DNA from: Escherichia coli
GTDB lineage: Bacteria; Pseudomonadota; Gammaproteobacteria; Enterobacterales; Enterobacteriaceae
Direction: 5' to 3' (one strand)
Assembly: GCF_024700885.2 (NCBI RefSeq)
Contig: NZ_CP117016.1
Length of the DNA: 64,000 nucleotides
Shown: one piece after another, positions 28,867 through 38,639 of the stretch
Position numbering within the stretch: the stretch's first letter is position 1
Layout of the letters: the number at the start of each line of letters is the position of its first letter
Notes under the pieces: model-generated
The model's input: the letters and a program-made list of their open reading frames with translations, nothing else
Told to the model about the DNA's origin: nothing
The model's database searches: none
Position numbers and translations under genes: made by a program

Positions 28867-31556
28867 CAGCGGTACTCCTTACGTTGTTTCTGAGCCAGCA
28901 GACGCTCCAGCATTTTTTCCAGCTCATGCAGACTCATATTCAGGGCACCAGTCAGTCCTGCAGGCGCTGTGGTTTCCCTGCCATTGAGGAAAAACTGAGG
29001 ATTAAAGCTGACCTGGATACCACCAGACGTTCCACCGCCGGTTGCAGCTGCACCACGGCCTGAATATCCGGCAGCCAGGATTTCAGGCGAGGGGATACGG
29101 GGAACATCCGGTGTCATCTCATTTGCCAGACGTTGCCCTGGTAAAATCGATGCCCGGGTGGAGAGCGGAATAGCGGGCATGGAAGACAAACTATTGATTA
29201 CGGCTCCGATCGCATTTTTAGCAGACGACATAAACCCATTGATATCGGGCAACGGCATACTGAAGCGAACACCTGAAGTGTTATCCCGTATTTCTGGCCC
29301 CTGGATGCTCACGGGCATTCTGGGGAGCAGTTCACTGGCCATTCGCTGCCCGGCCAGAGCTGCAAGCGGAGTGGTCCGCTGCAGGCCAATGGCGGCCCCC
29401 TGCGCGATATTGTCACCAAAGCCCATAAACACGCGGCTCGGCGAATGAATGCCCAGCTTTTCGCTGAACCAGCCACTGATGCTGTCACCCATTCCGGTTA
29501 CACTGGATTTGAGCGACTCCCATTTGTTTTTGATACCGTTAATCAGACCATCGACAAGATGGCCACCGAAGTCGGTAAACTTTGCCGGCAGATCAACACC
29601 AAGATATTTCAGCGCAGCTGCAAAGGCTTTATAGAGCAGGCCTGCCGGCGACCAGTTAATCAGTAACTTACCAATTCCCACAATGCCGCCGTTAAAGGCT
29701 TCCTGAATGTCTGCCCAGCGCTGTTTAAACCAGCCACTGACTGCCCCCCAGTTGCGGTAGATAAGGTAAGCTGCTGCCGCGACAGCGGTGATAACGAGAC
29801 CGATGGGATTCATCATCAGCGCACGTCCAATCCAGAGAACAGCACGTCCGGCGAGCATAATTCCGCGAACCAGCCCCCCGGAGAGCACGCCACTCAGTGT
29901 TCTGGCTCCTCTGGCGACGGCGCTAAATCCGGTCACCAGCCAGCGGAGCTTACCGCCTTGCCCCAGTGCGAGCGACAGACGAAGCCAGTTGGCCCGAAGT
30001 AAAACAGCATTTTTCCAGACACTTACAAAGGGGGAAATAAGGAGATTCAGCCCCAGTTTGAGACCAACAGTCGCTATCTTAATCGCAAGGAGCGCACTGA
30101 TGAGCTTAAAAGCCCCACTGACAAATTGCGGGTGAGTCGCTACCCAGTGTTTTGCCCCCTGAATGAGTGGAAGCAGTTCCTGAGTCAAAGAAATAAAAGA
30201 TGGAGCTAATTGATCGCCCAGCGTAATTGCCAGATCGCGACTGCTGACCATAAGTGTTTTAGTGGCTTCAAGGGGAGATTTCAGCCGCTGATCATAAGCA
30301 CTGGCAAGCAAATCGTTATCCGCAGCCCTGAGAGCACCGGCACGGATCTCTCGATATCTGTCCATGTTGGCCAGCATCGGGCGGATAAATGCCATGACCT
30401 GCATATCCGCGAACATATCGCCCAGACCAAAGTTTTTCGCCAGAGCCTGAAGTGCCTCATCTCTTGCCGTATCATTCTTTATTTTCATGGCTGATTTGAA
30501 GCCGGCCAGCGCTTCGGGGCTTTTGGCATTGAGGTAACGTTCTATAACACTCAACATCCCTTCAATCGGAGAGATCCCCGCAGCTTTATAACTCGCAATA
30601 GATCCCTGCAAATCAATACCCAGATCAGCAAACTGTTTCTGAGTATCGCGGGCAAAAATTTTGGTAAGAAAGTTTTTAAAATTATTGGCTGCTTCGTCGG
30701 TGGAACCTGCACCGATTTTTGCTATCTGGAGACTGGCCCCGATTTCAGCAACAGCCTCTTTTCCACTGGCAATACCCGCCATCATTGGGGCCAGGGACTG
30801 CATCCACTTGACCTGATCCGGGATTTCAAATGACCCCTGGTCACCGGCATAAGCCATAATATTCTGAACGGCACCAAAATCTCTGGCCGCACCTTTCAGG
30901 GAGTTTTGCCAGACTGCGGCCACTTTTGCCCAGTCCTGAGCAGACGTGCGTGTTGCCGTTGCCGCGCGGGCAATATCCGGCATCAGAAAACCGATATCTG
31001 ACACATTATCAATATTGTCGCTGATGAGTGAACCCACCGCCTCCTGCAGCTCATCCTGATACTGATTGTATTTAAGCGCCCAGCCTTTTATCTGTCCGGC
31101 AAGTCCATCCCGCGTTTTATTGTCATATTTTGCGGTGATCGACATATCAATCATTTTGTCCTGAAAAGACATGGACTGCTGAACGGCAGGGGAAACCGTA
31201 TGATAAACAGTCTGTGCCATGCCATACGCTTCAATCCCCTGACCATACAGCGCCATGCGGTTAGCTTTCAGCGCATCACTGGTAGCGGATGCCGCTGACA
31301 GACGGCGCTGCTGGCGCTCAATTTGCTCCATGGTGCGGCTTACCCGCAGCAGCTCGCTGTTGAGATGCTGCATCCGGGAAGAACCCAGTTGACCATAACG
31401 TTCTGTTGCACGGGTTAAAGCGTTCTGACGTTCCTGCAGGCGGCGTGAGGTATCGCTCAGGGAATCAAGCGCACGGCGGGTACCGCTCATTGCAGAACGG
31501 AATGTGCTACCAATCATCCCGCCGATAACAACGCCGACTGAAAACTGTCCCGACAT
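28866..31556 (-). CDS. tail tape measure protein
   Basis: 896 aa, Ala/Gly/Leu-rich helical protein with a hydrophobic central segment, downstream of the chaperone pair. Confidence 0.85.
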   Translation of the reverse strand: MSGQFSVGVVIGGMIGSTFRSAMSGTRRALDSLSDTSRRLQERQNALTRATERYGQLGSSRMQHLNSELLRVSRTMEQIERQQRRLSAASATSDALKANRMALYGQGIEAYGMAQTVYHTVSPAVQQSMSFQDKMIDMSITAKYDNKTRDGLAGQIKGWALKYNQYQDELQEAVGSLISDNIDNVSDIGFLMPDIARAATATRTSAQDWAKVAAVWQNSLKGAARDFGAVQNIMAYAGDQGSFEIPDQVKWMQSLAPMMAGIASGKEAVAEIGASLQIAKIGAGSTDEAANNFKNFLTKIFARDTQKQFADLGIDLQGSIASYKAAGISPIEGMLSVIERYLNAKSPEALAGFKSAMKIKNDTARDEALQALAKNFGLGDMFADMQVMAFIRPMLANMDRYREIRAGALRAADNDLLASAYDQRLKSPLEATKTLMVSSRDLAITLGDQLAPSFISLTQELLPLIQGAKHWVATHPQFVSGAFKLISALLAIKIATVGLKLGLNLLISPFVSVWKNAVLLRANWLRLSLALGQGGKLRWLVTGFSAVARGARTLSGVLSGGLVRGIMLAGRAVLWIGRALMMNPIGLVITAVAAAAYLIYRNWGAVSGWFKQRWADIQEAFNGGIVGIGKLLINWSPAGLLYKAFAAALKYLGVDLPAKFTDFGGHLVDGLINGIKNKWESLKSSVTGMGDSISGWFSEKLGIHSPSRVFMGFGDNIAQGAAIGLQRTTPLAALAGQRMASELLPRMPVSIQGPEIRDNTSGVRFSMPLPDINGFMSSAKNAIGAVINSLSSMPAIPLSTRASILPGQRLANEMTPDVPRIPSPEILAAGYSGRGAAATGGGTSGGIQVSFNPQFFLNGRETTAPAGLTGALNMSLHELEKMLERLLAQKQRKEYR

Positions 31557-31631
31557 AGTGGTTAACCTCCGGGGAAGGTGAAAAGACGTGAGGGGATAAC
31601 GCAGAACAGCCGCTACTGGCGGCTGTCTGTA

Positions 31632-31800
31632 CTATGATTTGTCGCCGTACTCGCTTTTTATTTGCTCTTCAGCCTGCTCCAGCCACATCTCCAGATCGTC
31701 AGTATCGAGGGCATCAATCTCCCCCGGCTGAAACCGGAACCATCTCGCCAGCAGCCCCTGCGCCTGCGTCAGCGCCCTAGTTGCTCTCACCCATCCCCGT
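31632..31800 (-). other. frameshift extension of the tail chaperone (gpE+E'/GT-like)
   Basis: An overlapping ORF is open from within the chaperone gene to 31632 (...SSSRGWVRATRALTQAQGLLARWFRFQPGEIDALDTDDLEMWLEQAEEQIKSEYGDKS). Its frame is +1 (= -2) relative to the chaperone frame. The part of it inside the upstream gene does not look like a real N-terminus. Confidence 0.55.
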
Positions 31801-32049
31801 GATGAGCTGAAATCGTTTCTGTAACTGCAGGTAATCAGCCAGATCCATATTGTCGAGATCTTCCGGGAGAAGACCAGTACTGCGGGCAATCAGCGGTTCG
31901 TCCCAGTCTGCCGGGTTTTTGCTGATTTTGCGCACCTGCTTCAGGTCTTTTACCGTCAGGCGTTTCAGTTCAACCTGCTCAATTCTGGTGCCTGCAGCAG
32001 TGGTGAAGGGATAAGACAATTTAAAAGTATCGGATGGGGTCTGTGACAT
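31777..32049 (-). CDS. tail assembly chaperone (gpE/G-like)
   Basis: 90 aa, MSQTPSDTFKLSYPFTTAAGTRIEQVELKRLTVKDLKQVRKI..., between the tube and tape measure genes. Confidence 0.75.
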   Translation of the reverse strand: MSQTPSDTFKLSYPFTTAAGTRIEQVELKRLTVKDLKQVRKISKNPADWDEPLIARSTGLLPEDLDNMDLADYLQLQKRFQLITGMGESN

Positions 32050-32146
32050 GATTGTGCTCCTGTGTAAGTTCAGGGCAGTATGTCGGGAGAAGCGCGTGAC
32101 GGATATTAAAGGAGATTAAGAAGAAGGGGCCGGAGCCCCTGTGATG

Positions 32147-32395
32147 TCAGCAAGTGCGAAACCCCTTGCAGTTACGCAGGAAAGCGATGAGAAGCGTCTT
32201 TCCCTCAGATTTGCCGGTGCCGGAGAACCAGTGGTCGGGAGGCTCCCATGCTTCAATCAAATCCGCCAGTTTGCGGGCCTTTGAACGTGTGCAGTCAATC
32301 GGGTCATTGGTTTTACGGGTATTAAAAAGGGTTTCCACCCCCCGGAATATCAAGGAGGGTAAACCACGTACCATTTGACATGCCCAGTGCCGCAC
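32147..32395 (-). CDS. hypothetical small ORF between tube and chaperone genes
   Basis: The only ORF in a 380-nt gap. It has a GTG start and no convincing SD. No family recognised. Confidence 0.3.
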   Translation of the reverse strand: MRHWACQMVRGLPSLIFRGVETLFNTRKTNDPIDCTRSKARKLADLIEAWEPPDHWFSGTGKSEGKTLLIAFLRNCKGFRTC

Positions 32396-32431
32396 ATCGT
32401 CTTCCTTTATCCGTCAGTTCAACACTCATCG

Positions 32432-32953
32432 TCAGCCCCCGATATTGATACGGTAGTCAGTCAGTTGATCAACACCGCCGACCCGGAAGATGTTGGCCAG
32501 ATAGTCCAGTTGCAGCAGCTCTTCACCATCCAGTACCTGTCTGATATACGTGCAGGTGAAGCTACTGGAGAACTCGGCGTTCTCGTGCTGTTTGAACGTC
32601 CCCAGAGGGTTCTTCTTGAACATAATCGTCAGGAAGGTGACCAGCGGGATTTCGTCAATCAGCCCCTGCGAGCTGTAGCGCTGGACGCTGGAACGACACT
32701 GCAGTGCCAGCGACCTGTACGGGTTAGCGGCAGACAGCATCGCATCGCGGTAAAAGCTGTTCCATTTGATTTCGCCTTCCAGTTTGTCAAAACCAGCCGG
32801 GAGTTCCACCTTACCCACCATCCCCAGCGCCTTGTGTTCCTGCATAATCATGGAGACATCGGGGAGTTTAACTTCCTCAGCCCGTCCCAGCAGGTTAGTA
32901 CCATCCAGATAGATGTTGGCATTCGTGATGCGGTTTATCTCAATCTTTGACAT
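32432..32953 (-). CDS. major tail tube protein (P2 FII-like)
   Basis: MSKIEINRITNANIYLDGTNLLGRAEEVKLPDVSMIMQEHKALGMVGKVELPAGFDKLEGEIKWNSF... Confidence 0.85.
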   Translation of the reverse strand: MSKIEINRITNANIYLDGTNLLGRAEEVKLPDVSMIMQEHKALGMVGKVELPAGFDKLEGEIKWNSFYRDAMLSAANPYRSLALQCRSSVQRYSSQGLIDEIPLVTFLTIMFKKNPLGTFKQHENAEFSSSFTCTYIRQVLDGEELLQLDYLANIFRVGGVDQLTDYRINIGG

Positions 32954-34380
32954 CAGTTGCCCCCTTTCAGGGTTAACAGGTATTCCGAGGTGATCTCAGT
33001 CTCAAACGTCAGTCGCTCCAGCGGCGGTGGTGGCGTATATTTGTAGCTCAGCAACAGGTGCCCGGCGGCCAGCTCCGTCTCCGGATTGCGGGCCGGATCA
33101 AACCAGCAACGGAAGCCCAGTACCGCACCATCACCAGTCATTTTGCGACCGTAGGCGTTGACCGACTCCGTCAGTGCATCAATCAGCGCCTGAGTAATCG
33201 GCATGTCGATGTACTGCTGGCTGAAATAACGAATGGACTCGTTGATCACATCACCGGTGCGGCGAACGTTCTCAAAGTTACGCATATGGGTGACCGTTGG
33301 CCATGCTGCCGTCCGGTTACCCCACAGACGAAGGCCGCTGCCGTAACTGCTGAATACCGTGGTGATCCCCTGTTCGTTAAGCAGGTTTACCTCACTCTGC
33401 GGGTCATCAATCATCGCGGACAGCTGGCGCTCCACGCCGGTGATCCCCAGAATCTCCTGATTGGAGGATGACCACCAGTAGCCCTTGTCCAGATCGACTC
33501 TGGCACGCAGACCTGCTGCACGCTGGCTGAGCGGCTCCAGACGCTCTGTGTTTGTCACCGGGTCATATACCTTCACATGCGGATAGCACAGACGGACGCG
33601 GTCGGAGCTGGTATTGAAGTTGATGGTGCCTTCCGGGCCACGACCTGCCAGAGCCTGTGCAAAGGTGGTACCGACAGGCGCATCAATGTAGGTTACCGCG
33701 CCCAGCTTCTCTGCCATGGCGATAAGCTCAACTGCGACACTCTTCTGGGTGCAGAACACCGGCGCAATCAGAATTTTGGCGAAATAGCCGTACAGGTTGA
33801 AGCTGTCGTTAAGCAGCTTCATGCCGGTTCGGTTTCCGGCGCTGTTCACCCCGCCGATGATGTCCGCCGCAGTCACCTTCGACGGGTCCGCGTACTCATA
33901 GCTCACCTTCACGCTGCCACCGGCCTCAATAGCCTTGCCCAGGTTCGTGAGCACACCCGCCTGCGCATCAACACGGTAGTCCGTGTTCGCCGTGTGGGTG
34001 GTGCTGCCTTCACTGTTTTTCACCACCACATTAGCGACAACCGGATGCGCCAGTCTGGCCTGCCCTGTCGATTTGTCAAAGGTAACCACCTCATCCTCGA
34101 TCGCCGTTTTATGTTTCGCCGGGTCGAGGACGTTAATGACCAGAACGGTGCCTGCACCATGGTCATAAATCGCATCCAGCGCCTGCGGAATGGTAAAGCC
34201 GGTGAACTGGCTGCCAAATGCCGCTGCGTCTTTCTCAGACAGGCACTGTACCAGCGTATTGACATCCCCCATCGGGGCGGTACCAATCAGGCCAATAACG
34301 GCAGATTTCACCGTTTTAACCGGGCGGGCTCCGTTTTCCACCTCAATGGTTTCGGGACCATGCAGATAGTTAGCTGCCAT
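32953..34380 (-). CDS. contractile tail sheath protein (P2 FI-like)
   Basis: 475 aa, MAANYLHGPETIEVENGARPVKTVKSAVIGLIGTAP... It lies directly upstream of the tube gene. Confidence 0.85.
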   Translation of the reverse strand: MAANYLHGPETIEVENGARPVKTVKSAVIGLIGTAPMGDVNTLVQCLSEKDAAAFGSQFTGFTIPQALDAIYDHGAGTVLVINVLDPAKHKTAIEDEVVTFDKSTGQARLAHPVVANVVVKNSEGSTTHTANTDYRVDAQAGVLTNLGKAIEAGGSVKVSYEYADPSKVTAADIIGGVNSAGNRTGMKLLNDSFNLYGYFAKILIAPVFCTQKSVAVELIAMAEKLGAVTYIDAPVGTTFAQALAGRGPEGTINFNTSSDRVRLCYPHVKVYDPVTNTERLEPLSQRAAGLRARVDLDKGYWWSSSNQEILGITGVERQLSAMIDDPQSEVNLLNEQGITTVFSSYGSGLRLWGNRTAAWPTVTHMRNFENVRRTGDVINESIRYFSQQYIDMPITQALIDALTESVNAYGRKMTGDGAVLGFRCWFDPARNPETELAAGHLLLSYKYTPPPPLERLTFETEITSEYLLTLKGGN

Positions 34381-34624
34381 GGGCGTCCTCCGTTTTCACT
34401 TCGCTGTCACTGCTGCTTCTGCGCTTTGGTGACTGCACAGCCGGTGTGACGGCGGGTTTAGTATCTTCTGGTACCGGCGTCAGATGCTTCAGCGCCACCA
34501 GTACCTTCACGTAGTCATGCTCCTCCGGCAGGGAAACCGCCTTCCCCGGCCAGAGCAGGATTTCGGTTCCGTCCGACAGCGTGACGCCGCTGGCCGGGCC
34601 GGAATAGCGGTATGCTTTCATCAC
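34370..34624 (-). CDS. DUF2635-like protein (Mu gp38 position)
   Basis: 84 aa, between the gp37-like and sheath genes. Confidence 0.55.
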   Translation of the reverse strand: MMKAYRYSGPASGVTLSDGTEILLWPGKAVSLPEEHDYVKVLVALKHLTPVPEDTKPAVTPAVQSPKRRSSSDSEVKTEDAHGS

Positions 34625-35085
34625 TCGCTTTCCTCATAGTTCACTTCGGTTAACAGCGGGCCGGACGGTAAATCGCTGTCTTCGATAAAGATGCTTTCAG
34701 TCGCGAAGTCGAGGGCGTATTGCCACAGCCCCCTGACTTCACCGATAAACACCTCGCGGGTCAGCCAGATACGGCGGCGGCAGCCGGGCGGGGTGTGGCC
34801 ACCGAGAATGCGGCGGACAGCATCCAGGACATTAATCGCCCCTTTTTTACCGTTGAGCTGGCGGAAGACCACCGTGACGCAGAGCTGGATAGTCTGAGAC
34901 TGGATCACCGCACCGGTATCATCCGGCCTGTCAAAGCGCGAACCGGCATAGCTCAGCAGCAACGCGCCAACCGGATGGTTCAGGCGATATTCAGCCGGTT
35001 TCTCCGGGAAGTACTCCACCTGCAGTTGCGGCAGCTTCTCGCGTAACCGGGCCAGTACCGCATCAAGGACGGGCAGAACGTTCAT
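34621..35085 (-). CDS. Mu gp37-like protein (DUF1834)
   Basis: 154 aa. Assignment by position after the gp36-like gene and general resemblance. Confidence 0.6.
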   Translation of the reverse strand: MNVLPVLDAVLARLREKLPQLQVEYFPEKPAEYRLNHPVGALLLSYAGSRFDRPDDTGAVIQSQTIQLCVTVVFRQLNGKKGAINVLDAVRRILGGHTPPGCRRRIWLTREVFIGEVRGLWQYALDFATESIFIEDSDLPSGPLLTEVNYEESE

Positions 35086-35531
35086 CAGTATTTCTCCAGT
35101 AAACCGTCACGACCGCCGAAAGTGGCCGGGCGACTGCGTACACGAAACTCGCCAGGCTCAGGCACATCTTTCTGAGTGGACGGCAGCCCCAGCGTGAGCC
35201 TGTTATCACGTAACTCCCTGAGTTGCCGCAGCGCTTCTTTGTGGTCATCCTTCACCGTATCCGGGAGGTCACCTTCCGGGCGGCGGGCGTAGAGCCGGTA
35301 ACGGACCAGCGTGATGGCAATGTCCCGCAGAACAGTCGGTATCTCTGCCAGTGGCAGGATATAGCGTCCGCGCAGATGGGCATCAATCAGCTCGTCGGCA
35401 TAGCGGATACAGCTGTCCACCACACGGGTATTCACTGTTGCAGGCGAGTCGAAGTCCATCTCTTCACTGGTGAGCTCGATAAGCGTCCGCTCCGGCACCT
35501 GCGCAAGCAAATCCTCCAGGGTGCAGTACAT
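35085..35531 (-). CDS. Mu gp36-like head-tail connector protein (DUF1320)
   Basis: MYCTLEDLLAQVPERTLIELTSEE... ATG 35531 is coupled to the upstream stop at 35533-35. The ORF-track upstream extension is discounted. Confidence 0.7.
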   Translation of the reverse strand: MYCTLEDLLAQVPERTLIELTSEEMDFDSPATVNTRVVDSCIRYADELIDAHLRGRYILPLAEIPTVLRDIAITLVRYRLYARRPEGDLPDTVKDDHKEALRQLRELRDNRLTLGLPSTQKDVPEPGEFRVRSRPATFGGRDGLLEKY

Positions 35532-35532
35532 G

Positions 35533-35871
35533 TCACACCCCGCGCAGGATACGAATGACGTCGCCTTCACCCCCGGCTTCATCAAGTGCAATACCACAGG
35601 ATTTACCGTCGCCGGACTGCGGCACGGCTCTGGCCTGAGCATCTGACTGAACAGCCACACCACGGCTGACAGCGGCCCCGGCCTCGACAGCAATAATGCC
35701 CAGAACGCTCACCGGCGTGCTGTCGCCGGTAACAGCATCCACTTCGGCAACCCCGAGCGCTGCGGCACCGGCTTTACAGGGGGTATTATCTGCCCCGACA
35801 AAACGCTGCTGTGCCAGTGCTGCCCCTGCCGTTACGGTTGTGATCAGAATGACCTGCTGAGTGGTTCCCAT
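35533..35871 (-). CDS. DUF2190-like head protein (possible decoration/cement)
   Basis: 112 aa, Ala/Gly/Val-rich, immediately after the major capsid gene. Confidence 0.55.
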   Translation of the reverse strand: MGTTQQVILITTVTAGAALAQQRFVGADNTPCKAGAAALGVAEVDAVTGDSTPVSVLGIIAVEAGAAVSRGVAVQSDAQARAVPQSGDGKSCGIALDEAGGEGDVIRILRGV

Positions 35872-35880
35872 AACGCCTCC

Positions 35881-36834
35881 TTATTTACTGATACCGGTAA
35901 TGAGATACCCGGCATCGCCACCAACCACGGCGACTTTGTAGATATCGGTATAACGGCAGTACTTCACCTTGCCACCGGCTCCGTCGTATTTGTCGGCAAC
36001 AGGCATCCCCTTACGACGCAGGGTGTAGCCGAAGGACGGCTCGTTCTCGTCCGCGCTGTCCGCCCCCGGCTGCGGTTTGCCGACATAGTGCAGCATCAGA
36101 TTGTCTCCCCAGATATCCGCCGGCACGCTGTTCTTATCCATTGCCGCTTTCATGGACGGCAGGGAGACTGGGGCACCGATGACGATCTCTTCGATCTGAA
36201 AGAGGTCCTGCAGGATTTCTGTGGTGATGCGCTTGCGTTCGTTGGCTCCGATGGCGGCCTGAATCGCCGGGTGGAACTTCAGCAGCGCCATCACGCCGGC
36301 CCCCATGGTCATCAGGTTAGGACGCAGCCCCGTGGCCGTACGGACCGCTTCCATACCGGCTTCAATCACCCCGATGGGGTCCCCCTTACCACCGACCCAG
36401 CGATCACTGGCTGTCAGTTTTTTGACGTGCCCGGTACGGTAGACCTTTTCATCCTGAGCCAGACGGGCAGCGATAAGTTCACGGCGCAGGTTCACGCCAT
36501 TCGTGGCGCGACGGATGGCCTTGCTCTCTTCGTTAAACATGGACTCCGCCTGCTCGCGATAGTCCACCGGCGCAGCCAGATCGTGTTCACCCAGCACCAG
36601 GTCCAGCGTGCCTGTTTTTTCACGAACCAGAACATTGCTGTCCGCCCCGACGGCACGCTCGGTGTCATATTCCACAAAGGCGGTTTTCCCGAAGGTCGGT
36701 ACACGCACGCCTTCCTTGTCCGTCAGCACGACGGGGAAAATACGTTCGCCGATGAATGCGGCATTTTTATAGCCACGGGCGATACTGGTCAGTACCGGAT
36801 CAACGACACGTTTACCTTTTAAGTAATCAGACAT
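35881..36834 (-). CDS. major capsid protein
   Basis: 317 aa, directly downstream of the protease/scaffold gene. Confidence 0.8.
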   Translation of the reverse strand: MSDYLKGKRVVDPVLTSIARGYKNAAFIGERIFPVVLTDKEGVRVPTFGKTAFVEYDTERAVGADSNVLVREKTGTLDLVLGEHDLAAPVDYREQAESMFNEESKAIRRATNGVNLRRELIAARLAQDEKVYRTGHVKKLTASDRWVGGKGDPIGVIEAGMEAVRTATGLRPNLMTMGAGVMALLKFHPAIQAAIGANERKRITTEILQDLFQIEEIVIGAPVSLPSMKAAMDKNSVPADIWGDNLMLHYVGKPQPGADSADENEPSFGYTLRRKGMPVADKYDGAGGKVKYCRYTDIYKVAVVGGDAGYLITGISK

Positions 36835-36848
36835 GCTCTCTCCTTAAA

Positions 36849-37964
36849 TTACAGGCAGCGTGCGACAGCAGCCTCATAGCTGATGCCTTCTTTTTTGGAC
36901 AGGGCCACTGCTTTCTGATGCAGGGCCAGACGCTCAGGATCGGCTTCCGCAAACTCTGCCACATCCACCTTCACCGTGTCGCCGACACGCTCTTTTGTGG
37001 CCTGTTCGGCGAAATTCATCACCGGCTCCCCGTCGGAGAGCAATGAACGAAAGGCGGTGGCCAGCGGTGTGCGGCTTTCCCCCTCAGCAAACTCCACCGG
37101 CTTGTCGCCACCGGCGACGGCATCCAGCAGGGCAACCACCACGGAGGAGGCGCGGGGAGCCAGACGGCCCTCTGCGACCAGTTTTTCTGCAAAGGCCACA
37201 TTGTCCTTATGCAGTTGCTCCTGTCTGACCTGTGCATCACGCGCATCGCGATCAGCAGCCTGCTGCTTCAGGCGGCGGTTCTCCTCCTGAAGGGCTTCAA
37301 TCTCTTCTTTTGTCATCGATGATTCCTCGTTACTTGCGGAAGACGGCACCTGGCCTGTCTCACTGAATTGCGCACCTGCTGCATCCTGCGACGGTGTGTC
37401 GCGGTACGCCTCTTCGCGCAGATTGTTGAGCTGCCATTCCGGCAGGACTTTTTCTGCTTCGTCCAGACTGAAGCGGGCGATCAGAAAATCGCGCAGCTTT
37501 CCCCACAGGGAGGCATTCGTGATGGCCTGCCAGTCGGCGAACTCCACCACACCTTCTTCCTGCTCACTGAAGGACACCTGTTTCAGCCCCTTGACGGAAG
37601 GTGGCTGTGCCCCGAGAAAGCCCACATGGCGCAGGTAGAGCACGCCGGGCTTCGGATTGGACGGTGAATCCGGGAGGTAGAAAGAGGCGGACACTTTTTT
37701 GAATCGTCCGTCGGTGACCATCTCAGCAAACTGCGGGTCCAGCTGGGCAGGCTCTGCCATCAGATCGACGCCGCTGAGCGACAGGGCTTTCACCCAGCCC
37801 CACGCCGGGTCTTCCGTTCTGGGATGACCAATCACGAGTGGTGCTTCATGGACGGACGGGTCATAGGCTTTCACGCAGGCGGCAAGATCGTCTGGCGTGA
37901 ACGGCAGTTTTTTGCCGTGCATATCGGTATGAGTACCGGCTTTAAAAATGTGAATGGCTGACAT
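36849..37964 (-). CDS. Mu gpI-like head protease/scaffold protein
   Basis: MSAIHIFKAGTHTDMHGKKLPFTPDDLAACVKAYDPSVHEAPLVIGHP...WGWV..., with a coiled-coil C-terminal half (EEIEALQEENRRLKQQAADRDARD). Confidence 0.8.
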   Translation of the reverse strand: MSAIHIFKAGTHTDMHGKKLPFTPDDLAACVKAYDPSVHEAPLVIGHPRTEDPAWGWVKALSLSGVDLMAEPAQLDPQFAEMVTDGRFKKVSASFYLPDSPSNPKPGVLYLRHVGFLGAQPPSVKGLKQVSFSEQEEGVVEFADWQAITNASLWGKLRDFLIARFSLDEAEKVLPEWQLNNLREEAYRDTPSQDAAGAQFSETGQVPSSASNEESSMTKEEIEALQEENRRLKQQAADRDARDAQVRQEQLHKDNVAFAEKLVAEGRLAPRASSVVVALLDAVAGGDKPVEFAEGESRTPLATAFRSLLSDGEPVMNFAEQATKERVGDTVKVDVAEFAEADPERLALHQKAVALSKKEGISYEAAVARCL

Positions 37965-38096
37965 TTTGCTGTCCCGCGTTATGTTGTCGGAGACAGTTTG
38001 TGAGAAATGCAGGCCCGGCGATTTTAATCTGCTTTAGAAAACATCAGGGGAGAAGGACAGGGAAAGCAATACGGTGAACCGGAGGCGGTTATAAAA

Positions 38097-38136
38097 CAGA
38101 GGCTGTAAAGCCTTTATAAAGGTAATACAGCCCCTC
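38097..38136 (-). terminator. hairpin in the G-I intergenic gap
   Basis: The minus strand reads GAGGGGCTGTATTACCTTTATAAAGGCTTTACAGCCTCTG followed by TTTTATAA. It sits in a 214-nt gap that should also carry a late promoter for the I-capsid genes. Confidence 0.5.
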
Positions 38137-38178
38137 ATTCGCTGGCAATGATAAATCACCCGCCTGAAGAGAGAAAAC

Positions 38179-38637
38179 TCAGCGACGGGCCGCTGATTCA
38201 AGATGGCGGACAATGGTATCGAGGATGGGGATTACCACTTCAGGCTGTAGTTCTCCATCCCCCGTCACCGGCAGGAACGGGCGGGCCGGAAGTTCAACAG
38301 ACTCATTACGCCCCGTTTTACCCCCGAACTGGTGAATGGCACCGTAAACAACGTTGGTCCCCACAACAGCCTGCCGGTCGTCATGGTCGGTTGATACTGA
38401 CCCCATCAGACGCCCGGTATCCTGCAGTGTCTGCCCGTCACGCTCTTCCGCTGCCAGCGAGGGCATCCACCCCGGACGCCCCTCATCAAGAAAGTTAAAC
38501 TGTGTTTCCGCCAGCAGGGTTCCGGCAATTTTGCGCATCGCGGGCTCCAGGTCTGTGGCAGCAAGATCCAGCGCACGGAGGCTCCGGCGCAGGGATTTAT
38601 CGTTAATGGTGATACTGACCAGGTTATCGGAAGCCAT
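38179..38637 (-). CDS. virion morphogenesis protein (Mu G-like)
   Basis: 152 aa ...ETQFNFLDEGRPGWMPSL...GTNVVYGAIHQFGG... Confidence 0.8.
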   Translation of the reverse strand: MASDNLVSITINDKSLRRSLRALDLAATDLEPAMRKIAGTLLAETQFNFLDEGRPGWMPSLAAEERDGQTLQDTGRLMGSVSTDHDDRQAVVGTNVVYGAIHQFGGKTGRNESVELPARPFLPVTGDGELQPEVVIPILDTIVRHLESAARR

Positions 38638-38639
38638 TG

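Noticed and set aside
31632-31889. Stand-alone 85-aa gene starting at 31889
   Set aside because: Its first ~35 codons lie inside the chaperone gene and read as implausible peptide (MPAVLVFSRKISTIWIWLITCSY). A frameshift extension is more likely.
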